From: Paracoccaceae bacterium | GTDB lineage: Bacteria; Pseudomonadota; Alphaproteobacteria; Rhodobacterales; Rhodobacteraceae | Assembly: GCA_046348855.1 (NCBI GenBank) | Contig: JAXMDK010000016.1 | Span: forward strand, 36,721-100,720 | Direction: 5' to 3' | DNA length: 64,000 nucleotides | In this document: positions 58,004 to 64,000 of the stretch, one piece after another | Layout of the letters: every line of letters starts with the position of its first letter | Numbering within the stretch: the stretch's first letter is position 1 | Notes under the pieces: model-generated | Seen by the model: the letters and a program-made list of their open reading frames with translations, nothing else | What the model was told of the DNA's origin: nothing | Databases searched by the model: none | Translations under genes and position numbers: made by a program

Positions 58004-58714
58004 TCAGATCATGCGGATCGCGTCCTTCTTCACCGCCAGCATGTAGCCCCGCCGGGTGATATTGCGGACCAGCAGTTCGGCCACCATCTGGTTGCCCAAG
58101 GCGTCGCGCAGCCGCTTGATGCGCATGGCGCCGGCGGCCTCGTCGCAATCCGCCTCGCGCTTGCCCGAGATCACCGCCTCTATCTGCGCGCCGGTCAGGA
58201 TGTCGTCGTCCATCCGCGCCTCGGCCAGCACCGACAGGGTTTCGATGGCGGCCCCGGTCAGGCGGAATTCCATGTCGTTCAGCACCACCGCATTCTCGGC
58301 CCGGCTGATCAGCAGCGACGACACCTGGATGCCCTGCTTCTGGATCGCCTCCATCCGCCGGTTCAGCGCCAGGATCATCACCAGGAACACCAGCGCCGCG
58401 ATCAGAAGCGCGGTGGCAAAGACCAGAAGCACGAAGATGATCGTGCGGTAACTGGCCAGCACCTGCGAAAAGGCGGTACCGGACTGGGCGAGGATTTCCA
58501 GCAGCTTGATCTGGTCGCTGGTGGTCAGCGCGTCGTTTTCGACAAAGATCCGCTCGACCCGGGCGTTGAAGGCATTGGCGTCGGGCAGCGACCAGAACAG
58601 AAAGGCCGCGGCAACCAGCAGGATCGCCACGATTGCGGCAATGCCCAGAACCAGGACGCGGTTGCCCGATTTCAGGGCAAGCCCGGCCGGATGGTCCCTG
58701 TCTTCCGCACTCAT
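58004..58714 (-). CDS. Two-TM membrane protein with C-terminal winged-helix-like domain
   Basis: Two long hydrophobic segments; C-terminal IKRLRDALG...VRNITRRGYML resembles the OmpR wing. Confidence 0.7.
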   Translation of the reverse strand: MSAEDRDHPAGLALKSGNRVLVLGIAAIVAILLVAAAFLFWSLPDANAFNARVERIFVENDALTTSDQIKLLEILAQSGTAFSQVLASYRTIIFVLLVFATALLIAALVFLVMILALNRRMEAIQKQGIQVSSLLISRAENAVVLNDMEFRLTGAAIETLSVLAEARMDDDILTGAQIEAVISGKREADCDEAAGAMRIKRLRDALGNQMVAELLVRNITRRGYMLAVKKDAIRMI

Positions 58715-58726
58715 TCGCCGCCCCGT

Positions 58727-58969
58727 TCAGCCCGAGGGAATGATGGCGGTGATGGCCAGCAGCGTCCAGCCCTGTCCGGCCAGCATCGGCGCAAGCGCGG
58801 CGGCGGCGGCCTGGGGCGAGGCACAGGCGGCGGCGGGCAGGCTGGCGGACCCGGCCTGAAGCTGCAGCGGGTTATCGCGCTTGGCCTTGTAGTGGACGGT
58901 GCAATCGGCACTGGCCGCGCCGGCCAGCGACAGGAAGGCAATCAAAAGGGCAAGCGGGCGCAACATCAT
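58727..58969 (-). CDS. Small exported protein with two cysteines
   Basis: Signal peptide ASA-DC, YKAKRDNPLQL; 12 bp upstream of the membrane wHTH gene. Confidence 0.65.
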   Translation of the reverse strand: MMLRPLALLIAFLSLAGAASADCTVHYKAKRDNPLQLQAGSASLPAAACASPQAAAAALAPMLAGQGWTLLAITAIIPSG

Positions 58970-59144
58970 GGGCGGAAACCTGCGCGTCCACGGCCCGCTA
59001 ATCAATAGCAAAGACGCCAGGGGGGCTGACAGGGCCCCCGGTTATCGGATAGCGAGGCGGCGTTATTGCACTGGGCAGGTCCGGCGCTCATGTAATGGGG
59101 CGTGACCCGCCGGTTCTGCCCGGCGACCGATGAAAGGACAAAAG

Positions 59145-59630
59145 ATGAAACGCCAGTTGATTGCCGGTGCGACCGCCCTGGCCCTGGTCCTGTCCGGCCT
59201 GACGGTTGTGCCCGCCGAAGCCAAGGGCAAGAACAACGATGCGCTGAAGCTGCTGCTGGGGGCGGCGGCAGTCGGGATCCTGCTGAACCAGATGAACGCG
59301 GCGCAGGGCGCGACCCCGCAGGGCTTCCTGACCCAGCGGCCCCGCCACAGCCCCGATATCTGGAGCGGCGATGATGAGGACAACCGGTGGAACGGCTATG
59401 GCCATGCCATCCGTGCGGGGACCGTCCCCGGCGAATGCCTGACCGACATGCGGATGGACGGGCGCCTGCGCGAAGTGGTGTCGGGCCGCTGCCTGAACCA
59501 GTTCGGCCTGGCCGGCAGCCTGCCGGACGAATGCGCCTTCAACGTCCGCACCAGCTATGGCCGGCGCACCGTCTACGGGCCGCAGTGCCTGCGCGACTAC
59601 GGCTATCGGATCGACCGGGCGCGCTATTGA
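59145..59630 (+). CDS. Exported hypothetical protein with four cysteines
   Basis: Signal peptide AEA, PGECL...GRCL...PDEC...YGPQCL; AAGGA RBS. Confidence 0.7.
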   Translation: MKRQLIAGATALALVLSGLTVVPAEAKGKNNDALKLLLGAAAVGILLNQMNAAQGATPQGFLTQRPRHSPDIWSGDDEDNRWNGYGHAIRAGTVPGECLTDMRMDGRLREVVSGRCLNQFGLAGSLPDECAFNVRTSYGRRTVYGPQCLRDYGYRIDRARY

Positions 59631-59751
59631 ACAGGGGCGAGCATCGGGCAGACCGGGCGGCGTCCCCCTGGCGCCGCCCGCCCAGGGGCGGATGTGGCAG
59701 CATCCGCCCCACCGGCTTGTGCAGCCCGGGCTTTGCCGCGATGCATAGGGC

Positions 59752-60361
59752 ATGACCGGCGCCGCCGACTTCAGCCATGAAACCGCTGCCCGTGTGCGCG
59801 GGTTCTGGCCGGTGGCCGGCGTCGACGAGGCCGGGCGCGGCCCGCTGTGCGGCCCGGTGGTGGCGGCGGCGGTGATCCTCGACCCCGACCGCATCCCGCC
59901 CGGCCTGAACGATTCCAAGAAACTCACCGCGGCCCGGCGCGAGGCGCTGTTCGCCCAGATCCTCGCCCAGGCCGAATGCGGCGTCGGCCTGGCAAGCCCG
60001 GCCGAGATCGACGAACTGAACATCCTGCGCGCCAGCCATCTGGCGATGGAGCGCGCCATCGCCGCCCTGCCCCGCCCGCCCGCGCATGTGCTGATCGACG
60101 GCAACCTGATTCCGCGCGGACTGGCGACGCCGGCCGAGGCGGTCGTGAAGGGCGATGCGCTATGCCTGACCGTCGCCGCCGCCTCGGTCGTCGCCAAGGT
60201 GACGCGCGACCGGATCATGGTGGATTTGGCGCAACAGCACCCCGGCTATGGCTGGGCGAAAAACGCCGGCTACCCGACCAGGGACCATCTGGCGGCCCTG
60301 CAAATCCTTGGTGTGACCCCACACCATAGGCGTTCGTTCAAGCCCGTCCACAACATCTTGT

Positions 60362-60387
<26 letters not shown>
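59752..60387 (+). CDS. rnhB: Ribonuclease HII
   Basis: GVDEAGRGPL, DSKKL, IDGN, KGD, HRRSFKPV. Confidence 0.96.
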
Positions 60388-61590
<1,203 letters not shown>

Positions 61591-61637
61591 ATTCAGTTAC
61601 CGCCGGTGCCTGTGGCCAGACCACGGCACATACCTGG

Positions 61638-61667
61638 CCCCGCCGTAGCGATACGGCGGGGATTTTT
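61638..61667 (+). terminator. Intrinsic terminator after ccrM
   Basis: CCCCGCCGTA-GCGA-TACGGCGGGG-ATTTTT. Confidence 0.75.
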
Positions 61668-61695
61668 CGCGCCTTGCCCTGCGGCCAGCGTCCCG

Positions 61696-61739
61696 TTCAT
61701 CTTGGCACAAATATCCCGGGGTGCGGGGCAGAGCCCCGC
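61696..61739 (+). repeat. Interspersed repeat (copy 2)
   Basis: TTCATCTTGGCACAAATATCC followed by hairpin GCGGGGC-AGA-GCCCCGC. Confidence 0.7.
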
Positions 61740-62876
61740 AAGCACGCCCCGCGCGGCATCGGCAAACGCCCCCGGTTATAGTCCCCCCAGTCGGTCACAT
61801 CGGGGTAGAACCGCCGCCGCCAGGCACGGACCCGCGGGTTCATCCGCCGCCGCCACAGGGGCGGAATCATCGCCAGCCAGGTCATCGCCGGATAGCCGTA
61901 GGGAAGTTGCGGGGCCTGGTCGGCGGCGTAGGTCTGCAACAAGGGATAGCGTCGGTCCGGCCGGAAATGATGGTCGGAATGGCGCTGGAGATTGATCAGG
62001 AACCAGTTCGTCGCCCGGTGGTCGGCGTTCCAGCTGTGGTGCGGCGCGACAGATTCGTAGCGCCCTTCGCCCAGATGGCGACGGGTCAGGCCGTAATGTT
62101 CGACGTAGTTGGTCAATTCCAGATGCCAGACCGCGACGAGCGCCTGAAAGGCGAAGAGCCCCACCCCCTGCCAGCCGCCGAGCGCGAACGCCGCACCCAA
62201 TGCCGCCGCCTGCAAGAGCCCATAGCGCCAGAACGGGTTGGACCTGTCGCCCATCCCGCGCCCGGCCCGCGCCAGAAGCTGCCTTTCGGCCCGCCAGGCC
62301 GAGGCCGGCCCTTCGCGCAGGACACGTGGGAAAAAGCGGTGGAACCCCTCGTTGTAGCGGGCGGTCACCGCATCGCGCACCGTGCCGACATAGCGGTGGT
62401 GGACCAGCAGATGTTCGCTGCGGAAATGGCTGTAAAGAACCAGCGCCATCAGGATGTCGGCCAGCCAGCGTTCGGTCCGGTTCCTCTGGTGCATGAGTTC
62501 ATGGGCATAGACGATGCCGACCGCGCCGGTGGTCAGGCCGATCCCGAAGAACAGCGCCAGCTTTTCGACCGGCCCCAGCGCGCCGGGCTGGGCCGACCAC
62601 CAGATCGAACCGTAGATCGCCGCCAGTTCGAAGACCGGCCAGACCAGGGTGATCAGCCGGTGGCGGAACAGCGCGGTCTCGGCGGTCTCGACCGGCGGGT
62701 TCTCCTCGTTCCGGCTCAGGACCACATCCAGCAGGCTCAGCACCCCATAGCCGTAAAGCGGCGGCAAGATCAGCATCCAGCCGCCATGCGCCGCCCCCAG
62801 CCACAGAAGCGGCAGCATCCCGAACGATATCAGGAAGGGCAGCGCCCGGATCGGGCTCTTGGCACGGGGAACTCAT
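61697..62876 (-). CDS. alkB: Alkane 1-monooxygenase (AlkB family) with an apparent +1 frameshift near the 5' end
   Basis: HELMH, EHLLVHH, NYVEHYGL, LQRHSDHH. The intact frame runs from 62818; a likely true ATG at 62876 is out of frame by one base. Confidence 0.88.
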
Positions 62877-62928
62877 GGGGCACCTGCAAGGCGGCAACGG
62901 CCCATTCTAGGGGGACGGCGGCGGCGGC

Positions 62929-64000
62929 TCAACCGCCGGATCGGGCCAGCGCCAGGTCGTGGACCTTGCGCATCAGCGTCGGCAGGTCGGCGGCGCGGAA
63001 ATCGGCGGGCAGGTGGAACGCGCCCTTTTCGGGATTGGCGCCCTGCGGGACGGTGGCGGCCATCACCGTCAGAGACAGATGAAAATGGGTAAAGGTGTGC
63101 TGCACCTCGCCCTCCAGCCGTGCCCAGTCGGCGGCCAGCGGCGGGGCCGGCGCCGGATCGCCCGGCCCCCAGTCGCTGCAGGAAAGCCGAGCATTCCGCC
63201 CAAAAGCCCATGCGGCGGCCGAAGCTCCAAGAGGATCGCCCCGTCGGTGCGACGGGCGACATAGGCAATGCCGCGACGGCGGGGCTTGGCGGGCTTTGCC
63301 GCCCGGCGCGGCAGATCGGCGGCGCAGCCCGCGATCCGCGCCGCGCAAGCGCCTGTCAAGGGGCACAGCGCGCAGGCCGGATTGCGCGGCGTGCAGATCG
63401 TGGCGCCCAGATCCATCATCGCCTGGGCATGATCGCCGGGGCGCGTCGCGGGCGTCAACCGGGCGGCCAGCGCCCGCAGTTCCGCCTTGGCGGCCGGGAG
63501 TGGCGTCTGCACCGCGTAAAGGCGGGCCACGACCCGCTCGACATTGCCGTCGACCACCGCCGCCGGCCGGTCGAAGGCGATGGCCGCCACGGCCGCCGCC
63601 GTATAGGGACCGATGCCCGGCAGCGCCAGCAGCCCGGGCAGATCGTCGGGAAACCGGCCGCCGCAATCCAACACGACCGCGCGGGCGCACTTCAGCAGGT
63701 TGCGGGCACGGGCATAATAGCCAAGCCCCGCCCATTCGGCCATCACCGCCTGATCCGGCGCCGCTGCAAGATCGGCAACGGTCGGCCAGCGGGCGATGAA
63801 GCGGGTGAAATAGCCGGTCACCGCCGCCACCGTCGTCTGCTGCAACATCACCTCGGACAGCCAGACCCGGTAGGGATCGGGCTGATGCCCGGCCTGCCGG
63901 TCGGCCGGAGAGACCCGCCAGGGCATGCGGCGGGCATGCCGGTCGTACCATGCCAGCAGCGCCCGGCCGATCGCAGCCGCTTCGTCCCCTGCCCCGCCCG
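62929..64000 (-). pseudogene. mutY: A/G-specific adenine glycosylase MutY, frameshifted near 63180 (real or sequencing error); 5' end outside the window
   Basis: LLAWYD, WLSEVMLQQT, GLGYYARARN, VDGNVERV and the Fe-S cysteines are in one frame; HTFTHFHL and LPTLMRK are in another. Confidence 0.85.

Overview
A high-GC alphaproteobacterial chromosome segment; gene content and order (bluE-type Thr kinase, short CobN, rnhB-ccrM, alkB-mutY, DUF2125/DUF4170) point to Rhodobacteraceae. In order: an M24 peptidase and an XRE-cupin regulator; threonine catabolism (kbl-tdh plus a class V PLP enzyme); a LysR-associated lysine catabolic cluster (aminotransferase, gcdH, fused E1 alpha/beta, FabD-like acyltransferase, ALDH7, lysine 6-dehydrogenase-like); a tandem HupE/UreJ pair; a lower-GC Fic gene and an orphan BrnA-like gene; a trimethylamine/histamine dehydrogenase-like flavoenzyme; two blocks of aerobic cobalamin biosynthesis genes with two cobalamin riboswitches and cbtBA; envelope and housekeeping genes; tRNA-Arg(CCU); carboxyspermidine-route polyamine genes; rnhB, ccrM, alkB and a frameshifted mutY. 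The best candidate for an undescribed system is the E1ab + FabD-like pair. It occupies the 2-oxoadipate -> glutaryl-CoA step of the lysine pathway, has no E2/E3 nearby, and the FabD-like protein has lost the malonate-binding Arg. All calls come from reading motifs and context by eye; no database search was run.
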